DNA of 32,000 bases from Nitrosarchaeum sp. (GTDB lineage: Archaea > Thermoproteota > Nitrososphaeria > Nitrososphaerales > Nitrosopumilaceae): NCBI GenBank assembly GCA_023265135.1, contig JAHFUM010000009.1:1-32000 (forward strand), in the 5' to 3' direction. Every line of letters starts with the position of its first letter. The first letter of the stretch is position 1. A model generated the notes under the pieces. That model made no database searches. It saw only the letters and a program-made list of their open reading frames with translations, and was not told the origin of the DNA. Of this stretch, positions 19,167 through 27,140 are shown one piece after another. Made by a program: the position numbers and the translations under genes.

Positions 19167-19466
19167 ATGGCTACAAAAAGAAAAGCTGCCTCTAAACGTA
19201 GATCTGTTAGAAAGATTGTCGTAAAGAAAGCAGCTAGAAAAGCTGTACGAAGAAAGGCAGTTAGAAAAGCTGTCGTTAGAAAAGCAGTGAGAAAAACTGT
19301 TGCAAGAAAAGCAGTGAGAAGAGCTGTTGTAAGACGTGCAGTTAGAAAAGCTGTCGTTAGAAAAGCAGTGAGAAGAGCTGTTGCAAGAAAAGCAGTGAGA
19401 AGAGCTGTTGTAAGACGTGCAGTTAGAAAAGCTGTCGTTAGAAAAGCAGTGAGAAGAAGACGATAA
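19167..19466 (+). CDS. Extremely basic A/V/R/K repeat protein (99 aa), candidate nucleic-acid-binding protein
   Basis: MATKRKAASKRRSVRKIVVKK then (AVRK/AVVRK/AVRR/AVARK)n. In the 27-codon repeat unit, 24/27 third positions are A/T on this frame. The exactly mirrored minus ORF (19161-19493) would have 16/27 G/C, which is atypical for this AT-rich genome. An ATG start and T-runs downstream also fit the + strand. Confidence 0.55.
   Translation: MATKRKAASKRRSVRKIVVKKAARKAVRRKAVRKAVVRKAVRKTVARKAVRRAVVRRAVRKAVVRKAVRRAVARKAVRRAVVRRAVRKAVVRKAVRRRR
19257..19456. repeat. 81-bp tandem repeat, about 2.5 copies (units start at 19257, 19338 and 19419)
   Basis: Copies 1 and 2 differ at 2 of 81 positions. 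Copy 3 is identical over its 37-38 nt. Each unit encodes 27 aa, built from three 9-aa subunits. Confidence 0.9.
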
Positions 19467-19503
19467 GATCGTCAAAAAATTAACAGTCGTCATTGAATGG
19501 CGA

Positions 19504-19519
19504 TTTGTTTTTCCTTTTT
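19504..19519 (+). terminator. Oligo-T tract (two T5 runs), candidate archaeal termination signal for the basic-protein gene
   Basis: tttgtttttccttttt lies 38-53 nt after the stop at 19466. Archaeal RNA polymerase terminates at oligo-T stretches. The stop codon itself sits in a small hairpin (gacgat-aag-atcgtc). Confidence 0.3.
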
Positions 19520-19538
19520 CTAATTTTAATTTCTAAAA

Positions 19539-19823
19539 TCAGCTAAACATTTGGCTTGGAGGTTGAGGGTTTTTTCCTTTAATGGTGTTTTTTTCAACAG
19601 TGAATTTTTTGTCGGGAGGAGTTATAGACAATTTTACAGAGGTATTAATTGCATAATGCGGAGTACCATCAGGATTTTTAAAATTAACAGCTATGCCAAC
19701 ACGATCTAGATCAACTTTAACTTTTACAAGTGTTCCATCTTCTAATTCAAATGATACAAAATCATTTTCAAGACGTTTGTAATCCAACATTTTAAATTCA
19801 ATTTTTTCAGGGTTTTCAGTCAT
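19539..19823 (-). CDS. Hypothetical protein (94 aa), immediately downstream of the collagen-like gene
   Basis: ATG ORF starting 22 nt after the collagen-like gene stop, on the same strand. The pattern looks beta-rich (FVSFELEDGTLVKVKVDLDRVGIAVNFKNPDGTPHYAINTSVKLSITP) with a Pro-rich tail. No family was recognised. Confidence 0.55.
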   Translation of the reverse strand: MTENPEKIEFKMLDYKRLENDFVSFELEDGTLVKVKVDLDRVGIAVNFKNPDGTPHYAINTSVKLSITPPDKKFTVEKNTIKGKNPQPPSQMFS

Positions 19824-19845
19824 CAGTATTTCACTTTGTTAATCA

Positions 19846-21492
19846 TTAGTAAAGGTAACTCATTAGTTTAATTTGTTCTTCAGTGCTAATGATATTTTTG
19901 TTAGTCAGAATTTCTAACAGTTCTTTAAACAATGTTTTTTGTTCTATTGACATTCCACCTGCAGGTCCTTTTTCTCCAGGTGGACCAGGTGGACCTCTAG
20001 GACCTGCAGGACCTACTGGCCCCTGTTCGCCTATTGGACCATGTTCACCATGAGGACCAATTGGACCTGTTGGACCTCTTTCCCCTTGTAGACCTTGAAT
20101 ACCTTGTGGACCTTGTGGACCTTTATCTCCAGATAAACCAGATGCGCCCCTTTCACCTTGTGGGCCTTGAGGACCTTGAGGACCTTTGTCACCGATAGAA
20201 CCTGTTGGACCTGTTAGACCTTTGTCACCTTGAAGACCAAGTGGACCTTTGTCACCTTTTTCCCCTTGAGGACCTGGAACTCCAGTTAATCCTTTTGCAC
20301 CTGCAGGACCTTGTGGACCTTGTGGACCTTTTTCACCGATAGGACCTTCAGGACCTCTTAAACCTCTTTCACCAATTAGACCTACTGGACCTTGAGGACC
20401 TTTGTCACCAAGTGGACCGGTTGGACCTGTTAGACCTTTGTCACCAGATACACCTTGTAGCCCAAGTGGACCTTTGTCACCGATAGGACCTTGAGGACCT
20501 TTGTCACCGATAGAACCTGTTGGACCTGTTAGACCTTTGTCACCTTGTACACCTTGTGGACCTTGCGTACCTTTGTCACCGATAGGACCTGTTGGACCTG
20601 TTAGACCTTTGTCACCTTGTACACCTTGTGGACCTTTGTCACCATTATCTCCAGGAATTCCTCGTAATCCAATTTGTCCCTTATCACCAGTTGGACCTGT
20701 AGAACCTTTGTCACCTATTGGCCCAATTGGACCCCTCAGTCCGTCAGGACCTTTGTCACCAAGTGGACCGGTTGGACCTGTTAGACCTTTGTCACCAAGT
20801 GGACCAGAAATTCCTTTGTCGCCTTTATCGCCTTTATCACCTGTAATTCCTTTTTCTCCTTGTAGACCTTTATCACCTTGAGGACCTTTATCGCCTTGAG
20901 GACCTTTATCGCCTTGAGGACCTTTGTCACCAGATACACCTTGTGGACCAGTTGGACCTTTATCGCCTTGAGGACCTTGAATACCTTGAGGACCTTTGTC
21001 ACCAGATACACCTTGTGGACCAGTTGGACCTTTGCTACCTTGAGGACCTGCATATCCATATCCCCCAAAAGAATCAGGGGTTGGAGATACAATGCGTTGT
21101 GGTTTTGATTCGAATTCAGTCCTTTCATGTTTAGTTTCTTTTGGCGATTGTCCTAAAGAAACATCAAACACAGAATGCAATGAAGAAAACAGATCAGTGA
21201 CAACAATCCAAACAGTATCAAGATCATAAACAGAGGGAGGAATTGGATTTTCAACAGAACCAAGTGTCTCAGAGAATATCCCATCTTTTACTCGAAGATG
21301 GAAATTTCCTTTCCATAATGATGAAAATTGTTTATTTCTAATTTCGTCGGTGGACGGCTTGGATTCAACAATGAAAATCCGAACCTCATAGATGCCGGAT
21401 TGTCTGAATGGGGCTTGACCTTGAACTTCCAATCTTGGATGTGAAGACACAATCGTTTGTGTAAATTCCAAGTATTTCTGTATTTGGTGCAA
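19846..21492 (-). CDS. Collagen-like triple-helix-repeat protein (548 aa): 142-aa N-terminal domain, 124 Gly-X-Y triplets, 35-aa helical C-terminal tail
   Basis: I parsed residues 143-514 triplet by triplet: [15 protein letters not shown] ... [15 protein letters not shown], with no interruption. The start is TTG at 21492, with an in-frame TGA at 21501-21499. ATG 21502 is out of frame. There is no signal peptide or TM segment. Confidence 0.85.
   Translation of the reverse strand: MHQIQKYLEFTQTIVSSHPRLEVQGQAPFRQSGIYEVRIFIVESKPSTDEIRNKQFSSLWKGNFHLRVKDGIFSETLGSVENPIPPSVYDLDTVWIVVTDLFSSLHSVFDVSLGQSPKETKHERTEFESKPQRIVSPTPDSFGGYGYAGPQGSKGPTGPQGVSGDKGPQGIQGPQGDKGPTGPQGVSGDKGPQGDKGPQGDKGPQGDKGLQGEKGITGDKGDKGDKGISGPLGDKGLTGPTGPLGDKGPDGLRGPIGPIGDKGSTGPTGDKGQIGLRGIPGDNGDKGPQGVQGDKGLTGPTGPIGDKGTQGPQGVQGDKGLTGPTGSIGDKGPQGPIGDKGPLGLQGVSGDKGLTGPTGPLGDKGPQGPVGLIGERGLRGPEGPIGEKGPQGPQGPAGAKGLTGVPGPQGEKGDKGPLGLQGDKGLTGPTGSIGDKGPQGPQGPQGERGASGLSGDKGPQGPQGIQGLQGERGPTGPIGPHGEHGPIGEQGPVGPAGPRGPPGPPGEKGPAGGMSIEQKTLFKELLEILTNKNIISTEEQIKLMSYLY
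19954..21066. repeat. Gly-X-Y-coding low-complexity region with long perfect internal direct repeats
   Basis: Perfect repeats verified by eye: 63 bp (20170-20232 = 20485-20547), 52 bp (20395-20446 = 20746-20797) and 50 bp (20912-20961 = 20984-21033). The region is visibly GC-richer than its flanks. Confidence 0.9.
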
Positions 21493-21565
21493 AAGTATTC
21501 ATTTTTTGACTACCATGTATGTGGATTAGCCTCAAAAAAAGACATGAAATACACTCATCAGAGAA

Positions 21566-21595
21566 ACATTAGATGACAGTGGTAGCATCTAATGT
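21566..21595. promoter_or_regulatory. Perfect 10-bp stem / 10-nt loop hairpin in the spacer upstream of the collagen-like gene
   Basis: acattagatg-acagtggtag-catctaatgt. A second 11-bp inverted repeat (atggaaactgt 21601-21611 / acagtttccat 21663-21673) follows. Function unknown. Confidence 0.25.
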
Positions 21596-21710
21596 GTGAT
21601 ATGGAAACTGTGCATCCATAATACAAATAAAAATAGAATGCAGTGAGATTATGCTGCTAAGAACAGTTTCCATTACATTTTCTAATTTTTTCCATGATTA
21701 AAGGAATAAA

Positions 21711-23012
21711 TCATGACTTTTTTCCGGGATTAGATAAATTATGATTGTTTTTTCGTGAAAAGAAAAAATAAATTCCAATTCCTAAAAGAACAAAAAGAGT
21801 TCCAAAAATTTTATCATTAATCGATGTATAATAAATAAGAAATCCGCAGATAGCTATTCCAATAAATGGCAGAATATTTTGGCCAATAAATTTAGTCTCT
21901 TTTTCTTTTTTTAATACAACCAATGACAGACATACAAAGATGTACATGATAGCCATGTTAAAGATTGAAAATGAAATTAATTGTGTTATTCCAGCATACA
22001 TTGAAAGAAAAAATGCAATGATTCCCTGAATAATTAATGCCATGTAAGGAGTGTTGTATTTTTTGTGGACTTTAGAAAAAACTTTAGGTAGTAATCCTTC
22101 ATCTGACATTGCATAATAAAGTCTGGAAACACCTAAGACAAAAGAGGAGCTAGTTCCAGAAACTGAAGCAAGGGCTCCAAAGCTCACGATCATTCCACCA
22201 ACATACCCTATGACAAGAGTTCCTGCTAGTACTAGAGGTAATGTACTGTGTGAGAGTTCAACCCAGTTAATTGTTCCATACAAAACAAAATTTGTAGACA
22301 AGTAAAATAAAACCACCAACAGCATGCCAATGATTATTGCTTTTGGAATGACTTGTTTTGGATTTTTCACTTCGCTTGCTGGCAAAGTTCCCATCTCAAA
22401 TCCAGCATAAGCCCAAAAAATCAAAACAAGTGCTGAACCAAAATTCTCCCACCCCAAAGGAGCAATAGGGGTATAATTCTGAGATATCTTTTCTGGATTG
22501 TACGTCAGAAAAACAAATCCTAATACAATTACAAGAACAAGAGGTGCAAGTTTCATTATAGTTAAAACATCGTTTACTCTTCCCCCTAATTTTACACCAA
22601 AAATATTCACTGTTGTTAATGAAAAAATGAATAATCCTTTAACTAAAACTTCTTGCCATGGTTCCAGTTCTATAAAATAGTGAAGATATCTTGTAAATAC
22701 AATAGCAAACAATGGAAGTGCCATCATTTCAGCAATTAACATTAGCCAACCAGTCAAAAATCCATAAAATTTTCCAAATGCTTTTGTAACAAAAGCAAAT
22801 GGTCCACCTACCATTGGAACATAATAGCTCGTATAAGAAAATACTAACGCAATAACAAGGGCAAAAATTCCAGCGAGAACCCATACAAGAATTGAAGCAG
22901 GCCCCATCATTGCGGCAGTCAATCCCGGTGTGATGTAGATGTCAGCGCCAATAACTGACCCTATGATAAGATTTGTAAGATCAAATGAAGAAAGATATTT
23001 TTTAAGATTCAA
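21711..23012 (-). CDS. APC-superfamily amino acid permease
   Basis: 433 aa with about 12 TM helices. It has the typical APC N-terminal motif (IIGSVIGADIYITPG) and overall topology. TTG start. Confidence 0.8.
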   Translation of the reverse strand: MNLKKYLSSFDLTNLIIGSVIGADIYITPGLTAAMMGPASILVWVLAGIFALVIALVFSYTSYYVPMVGGPFAFVTKAFGKFYGFLTGWLMLIAEMMALPLFAIVFTRYLHYFIELEPWQEVLVKGLFIFSLTTVNIFGVKLGGRVNDVLTIMKLAPLVLVIVLGFVFLTYNPEKISQNYTPIAPLGWENFGSALVLIFWAYAGFEMGTLPASEVKNPKQVIPKAIIIGMLLVVLFYLSTNFVLYGTINWVELSHSTLPLVLAGTLVIGYVGGMIVSFGALASVSGTSSSFVLGVSRLYYAMSDEGLLPKVFSKVHKKYNTPYMALIIQGIIAFFLSMYAGITQLISFSIFNMAIMYIFVCLSLVVLKKEKETKFIGQNILPFIGIAICGFLIYYTSINDKIFGTLFVLLGIGIYFFFSRKNNHNLSNPGKKS

Positions 23013-23079
23013 TGCACTTTATGGGATACACACCTTGTTTAATTATTAAAATTTCTTGCAATCATGTTTTTGAGAAAAA

Positions 23080-23502
23080 CTACTTTATCACAGTTACTGG
23101 AATTTTTGAAGTCTGAACAAGATAACTAGACACACTTCCCAAGAAAAGACGTTTTAGTGAGCTTTTACCTTTTGCGCCAATTACAATCATATCATGCTTG
23201 TATTTTTTTATGAATTGTTCTATGTCATATGCAGGATCATAACCATAGATTATTCTAGTTGCAAATGAAATATTTTGATTTGTACACCTATCTTCGGCGT
23301 CCTGTAAAAATTTTTGTGCTTTTTTTGCTAAAGACATTTTGACTTTATCTTTTGAATGTCCTATTACATGAACTGGAGGAAGTGTTGCAATATGGAGAAG
23401 TGTTATTGATGAATTATCAGATTTAGCAAACTCAATTGCTTTTCCCAATCCTCTAACAGAATTTGATGAACCGTCAATAGGCACAAGAATTTTTTTCATC
23501 AT
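23080..23502 (-). CDS. Universal stress protein (UspA family)
   Basis: MKKILVPIDGS..S ... MIVIGAKGKSSLKRLFLGSVSSYLVQTSKIPVTVIK is the canonical Usp ATP-binding fold signature. Confidence 0.85.
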   Translation of the reverse strand: MMKKILVPIDGSSNSVRGLGKAIEFAKSDNSSITLLHIATLPPVHVIGHSKDKVKMSLAKKAQKFLQDAEDRCTNQNISFATRIIYGYDPAYDIEQFIKKYKHDMIVIGAKGKSSLKRLFLGSVSSYLVQTSKIPVTVIK

Positions 23503-23579
23503 ATTCTAATTTCAACACTAGGATTTATACCAGCACGTAAATTTTCACGATAAAAATAAGTCAGAAAAATTAAAAAAAG

Positions 23580-24062
23580 CTACTCTACAGATACAGATTT
23601 TTTCTTTTGAGTTTCGGTTGGTTTTGATTTTGGTAGTGTAATTTCCAATACGCCATCGACAAGTTTTGCAGATACTTTGTCTGAAAGTATTTTCTCAGAG
23701 AGAGGCAAAGAACGGTAATAAGATACATGACTTCGTTCTTTTCTAAGATAGTTCTTTTTCTTTTCTTCAGATTCTTCTTTGTGTTCTGCTGATACCTCAA
23801 TAGAGTTATCGGTTACATTCAGATTGACTTCACTTTTCTTTATTCCTGGAACATCCATTTTCACACGAAATTGATTCCCTTCGTCAATAACATCACATGA
23901 TGTATGAGACATTTTTGGCATAGAAACGGTTGGAAATGATGAGAATGCTTTTTCCATATCTCTGCGTAGATTATCAATTGATCTCTCCATTTCTGTCCAA
24001 CTGGATGCCCACAATGGCGCAATCCCGGTACTTTTCTTTGGAAGATTTTTTGTTTCAGCCAT
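23580..24062 (-). CDS. Hsp20/alpha-crystallin small heat-shock protein
   Basis: Alpha-crystallin domain: FRVKMDVPGIKKSEVNLNVTDNSIEVSAEHKEE...YYRSLPLSEKILSDKVSAKLVDGVLEITLPK. Confidence 0.9.
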   Translation of the reverse strand: MAETKNLPKKSTGIAPLWASSWTEMERSIDNLRRDMEKAFSSFPTVSMPKMSHTSCDVIDEGNQFRVKMDVPGIKKSEVNLNVTDNSIEVSAEHKEESEEKKKNYLRKERSHVSYYRSLPLSEKILSDKVSAKLVDGVLEITLPKSKPTETQKKKSVSVE

Positions 24063-24316
24063 GACGATTGAATTCTATTTCAATTACTTAAAGCATCAAG
24101 TATGTTTTCAATTATGATAAACACGAGTTGCTTAATTTGGCATACAAATCAAAATTGCATTGAATAAAATTTTTTTGATTTAATCTTATTCATGCATTCC
24201 ATTAGGGCATTCAAGAACACTTATTTAATTTACAAAATACAAAATAAAATCAGTATAAATTCCAATTTTGATAATAACACTTTCATAATAATTACTTTGA
24301 CAATAGTTTAATTTAA

Positions 24317-24976
24317 ATGAAAACGAATAAAAATCATCAACAAAAATTAGAGGATTTAATCATAATTATGAAAAAATCAGGATTTCTTAATGATGAGAAA
24401 GTAGAATCGGCAATTAGAAAAATACCCAGGAATGAATTTGTGCCAATGTCAGTTAAAGAAAAAGCATATGAAAATGCACCACTGTCAATAATGAAAAATC
24501 AAACAATATCTCAACCGTCAGTGGTGTCAAGAATGACTGAATGGTTAGATATCAGAGAAGGGCAAAAAATTCTAGAAGTAGGCACGGGTTCAGGTTGGCA
24601 AACAGCTATTCTTTCCTATTTGGTAGGAAGTGGAAAAGTTTACTCTATTGAAAGACATTCAGAACTTGTAGAATTTGCCAAAAAAAATCTAGACAAATTA
24701 GGAATAAATAATGTTAAAATAATTTTAGGTGATGGTAATTTAGGAATTCCAGAAGAATCTCCTTTTGATAGGATCATAATTACTGCCGCATGTAAAAAAG
24801 TTCCAGAGCCATTACTTGAACAACTATCAGAAGGAGGTTTGTTGATTGCCCCTATAGGCAAATATCCACAATCGCTTATTTTACTAAAAAAAATATCTCA
24901 GGAAATCATAGAAGTTAAAAATCAACCAGGGTATGTCTTCGTTCCACTCTTGGGGAAAATTGATGAAGAGAAATAG
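24317..24976 (+). CDS. pcm: Protein-L-isoaspartate O-methyltransferase
   Basis: ISQPSVVSRMTEWL, the SAM motif ILEVGTGSGWQTAIL, and the VYSIERHSELVEFAKKNL and GGLLIAPIG motifs. Confidence 0.9.
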   Translation: MKTNKNHQQKLEDLIIIMKKSGFLNDEKVESAIRKIPRNEFVPMSVKEKAYENAPLSIMKNQTISQPSVVSRMTEWLDIREGQKILEVGTGSGWQTAILSYLVGSGKVYSIERHSELVEFAKKNLDKLGINNVKIILGDGNLGIPEESPFDRIIITAACKKVPEPLLEQLSEGGLLIAPIGKYPQSLILLKKISQEIIEVKNQPGYVFVPLLGKIDEEK

Positions 24977-25214
24977 ATTATGCTATAGGATAATTGCCTG
25001 AAATCAATTCATTACAAAACTCATTATGTTTTGCAGTAATTTTCAACTATTTCATTGATTTGATTTTTTCCGCTTTTTGTAATTGTTTGTGCATAGTAGG
25101 TTATACAATAACGTCTATGGAACATTAACTGATATTTTAAATAGATTTAGACAGATTAGAACCAGGCTCAATTCAGGATAGTATTTATCTAGATTAAAGG
25201 TCAAGGTTGAGCTA

Positions 25215-26336
25215 GTGAAGAAACCATTTCAAAAAAAATCAAACGAAAAAGAGATAGAATCTAAAAACACAGATCTATCAAAAGAGACAAGTCTAGTAGA
25301 TCCGGACTATAATCGTAAAAAATTATTTAAAAAGGGAGTAAACTTGATGGCAGATGAAAAGCTTGAAGAAGCAGTAGAAATTTTTGAGCAGGCTCTACGT
25401 ATTGATCCAAACAGCATTGAAACTTTGATGAAATTAGGTTATGCAAGATTTCATTTAGAAGAATATAATGAGGCACTAAAGATTTATGATAAAATTTTAG
25501 ACATAGACGTCACCAATCCAGAGGCTTGGAATTTGAAAGCATTGGTCCATTATGAACAAAAAAAATATTCCAAAGCGTTGGACGCAATTGAAAAAGCGGT
25601 AGAATCAGATCCTACTTATGGAATGGCATGGTATAACAAAGCATGTTTTCTATCTTTAGTTAATCAAGTTCCAGAATCACTTGAAGCATTAAAACGCTCA
25701 ATTGAAATCGATGTAAAAAATGCAAGAAAATCAATTAGAGACAAAGATTTTGCAAATGTAAAAATCGAAGAGGGATTCAAGAGAATTGTAGAAGTAGTTG
25801 TGTTAGAATCAATTAGACAGGGATATCATACCCTTGGCGCTATTGTATGGACAACCTTTCTAGATAAAGCAGTTGCAGAAGATGCATTAAGAAAATTACT
25901 TGAGAAGGGATTAATTGTTCAGCATGAAAAACGAGACGGTCTAAGTAAAATTCCAATATATGATCTTGCAGTAGATGTTGCAGAAAGAATGGGAAACGAG
26001 AAAAAAGGATTATTTGGAATCACGAAAAAACAATTACCCAAACCAGTCAAGAACTTAAAAGAGCTCAGTCAAGCCATACAATCAGTCAGAGAATCAATAG
26101 AAGAAGAAAATGTTGAAAAAACAATTGACATATTTGAAGAATTTATCGACCCAACAAAATCAGGAGAACAAATGATTGAACAGTTCTTCGAAGAACATAG
26201 AGAAATTAGATTGTGGAAAATCAGATTAAAAGACAGAGGAGTAGATTATCTTATTGAGAACAAAGACAAAATGTTAAATCTTTTTGACAACATAGAAGTC
26301 ACAATTACCAAAAAACTTAGAAACGAAATATCTTAG
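25215..26336 (+). CDS. TPR-repeat protein with a central winged-helix-like segment and an acidic C-terminus
   Basis: GTG start. There are four to five 34-aa TPR units (e.g. AWNLKALVHYEQKKYSKALDAIEKAVESDPTYGMAWYNKA). The later segment LRKLLEKGLIVQHEKRDG looks wHTH-like. Confidence 0.7.
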   Translation: MKKPFQKKSNEKEIESKNTDLSKETSLVDPDYNRKKLFKKGVNLMADEKLEEAVEIFEQALRIDPNSIETLMKLGYARFHLEEYNEALKIYDKILDIDVTNPEAWNLKALVHYEQKKYSKALDAIEKAVESDPTYGMAWYNKACFLSLVNQVPESLEALKRSIEIDVKNARKSIRDKDFANVKIEEGFKRIVEVVVLESIRQGYHTLGAIVWTTFLDKAVAEDALRKLLEKGLIVQHEKRDGLSKIPIYDLAVDVAERMGNEKKGLFGITKKQLPKPVKNLKELSQAIQSVRESIEEENVEKTIDIFEEFIDPTKSGEQMIEQFFEEHREIRLWKIRLKDRGVDYLIENKDKMLNLFDNIEVTITKKLRNEIS

Positions 26337-27140
26337 TTATTCTGCAGATAAGTCCCAATAGTGTGCGTCTTGTTGTTTTGCTATTGGTTTCTCAAGGCTT
26401 TTCCATTCTTTGAAAGAGCGCACATACAGTTTGACATTAGGCAACCCAACTGATTTTAGTGCGTAGTAAGCCAAACCAGAGAGTGTTCCAACACTTCCAC
26501 AGTATGTGATAATTTCAGAATTACCAGAAATTCCTCTATTATCCAATAGTCTCTTCATATCCTCTTTTGGTCGTAAAATTTTATCTGGAGTTGCAAGGGT
26601 TCTATATGGAAGACTAATTGCTCCTGGAATGTGTTGCTCTAAATAGTTTAATCGCTCCCGATTATCAATGAGTATAATATTTGGTTTATCTTTTGATGTT
26701 TCTAAATAATTAGAAGTAGCTAAAATTTCAGGTTTAAGATGAATAGAGTGTTCCTTACTTTGTATTTCGGGTATGTTATTGTCATTTTCCAGACCAAGTG
26801 ATTTCCAGTTACTAAAAGTGGTTTCAAGCAAAGATACACCAGAGTGACCAATATACTCCAATGTCCATGCAACTCTAGATGCAAGCGCTCCAAATGTGTC
26901 ATCATAAACTACCACGCGAGTTTCATCATCTATACCCATTGCATTTACAAGTTTTAGAACACGTTCAGGACTATCATCAGATAACAAATTTGCTAGCGGG
27001 AGATTTACGGCAGTTGGAATATGACTATGTTTGTAATCATCTTCTCTTCGTACGTCAATTACTCTGACACTTTTATCTCTGATTTCAGATCTCAATGAAT
27101 CAATATCAGTTGTAGTTTTGATTGTTTTTTCTTGGCTCAT
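26337..27140 (-). CDS. Tandem-rhodanese sulfurtransferase (thiosulfate/3-mercaptopyruvate type)
   Basis: Two rhodanese domains. The catalytic loop in the second is ITYCGSVGTLSG (CG[ST]xGT type). I place the start at ATG 27140, which overlaps the upstream TGA as ATGA. The track start at 27149 would overlap by 13 nt. Confidence 0.85.
   Translation of the reverse strand: MSQEKTIKTTTDIDSLRSEIRDKSVRVIDVRREDDYKHSHIPTAVNLPLANLLSDDSPERVLKLVNAMGIDDETRVVVYDDTFGALASRVAWTLEYIGHSGVSLLETTFSNWKSLGLENDNNIPEIQSKEHSIHLKPEILATSNYLETSKDKPNIILIDNRERLNYLEQHIPGAISLPYRTLATPDKILRPKEDMKRLLDNRGISGNSEIITYCGSVGTLSGLAYYALKSVGLPNVKLYVRSFKEWKSLEKPIAKQQDAHYWDLSAE

Noticed and set aside
19161-19493. 110-aa Ser/Cys/Phe/Asn-rich minus-strand ORF exactly mirroring the basic repeat protein
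   Set aside because: Its codons are in exact antiparallel register with the plus ORF, and 16 of 27 third positions per repeat unit would be G/C. That is contrary to the strong A/T third-position bias of this genome, and the composition is implausible. I kept it as the alternative hypothesis, because it would be co-directional with the collagen-like operon.
20501-21134. Several 60-126 aa ORFs on both strands inside the collagen-like gene (20501-20881 +, 20781-21128 -, 20878-21108 +, 20943-21134 +)
   Set aside because: They are by-products of GGN/CCN-rich Gly-X-Y coding sequence, which lacks stops in other frames. Their translations are low-complexity (PxxPxx or LKV repeats), and only the 548-aa frame has proper non-repetitive termini.
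19100-21710. Idea that the collagen-like / basic-repeat region is a prophage or integrated element
   Set aside because: I saw no integrase, transposase, capsid or terminase-like ORFs, no flanking tRNA and no direct repeats bounding the region. The higher GC is explained by Gly/Pro codons alone.
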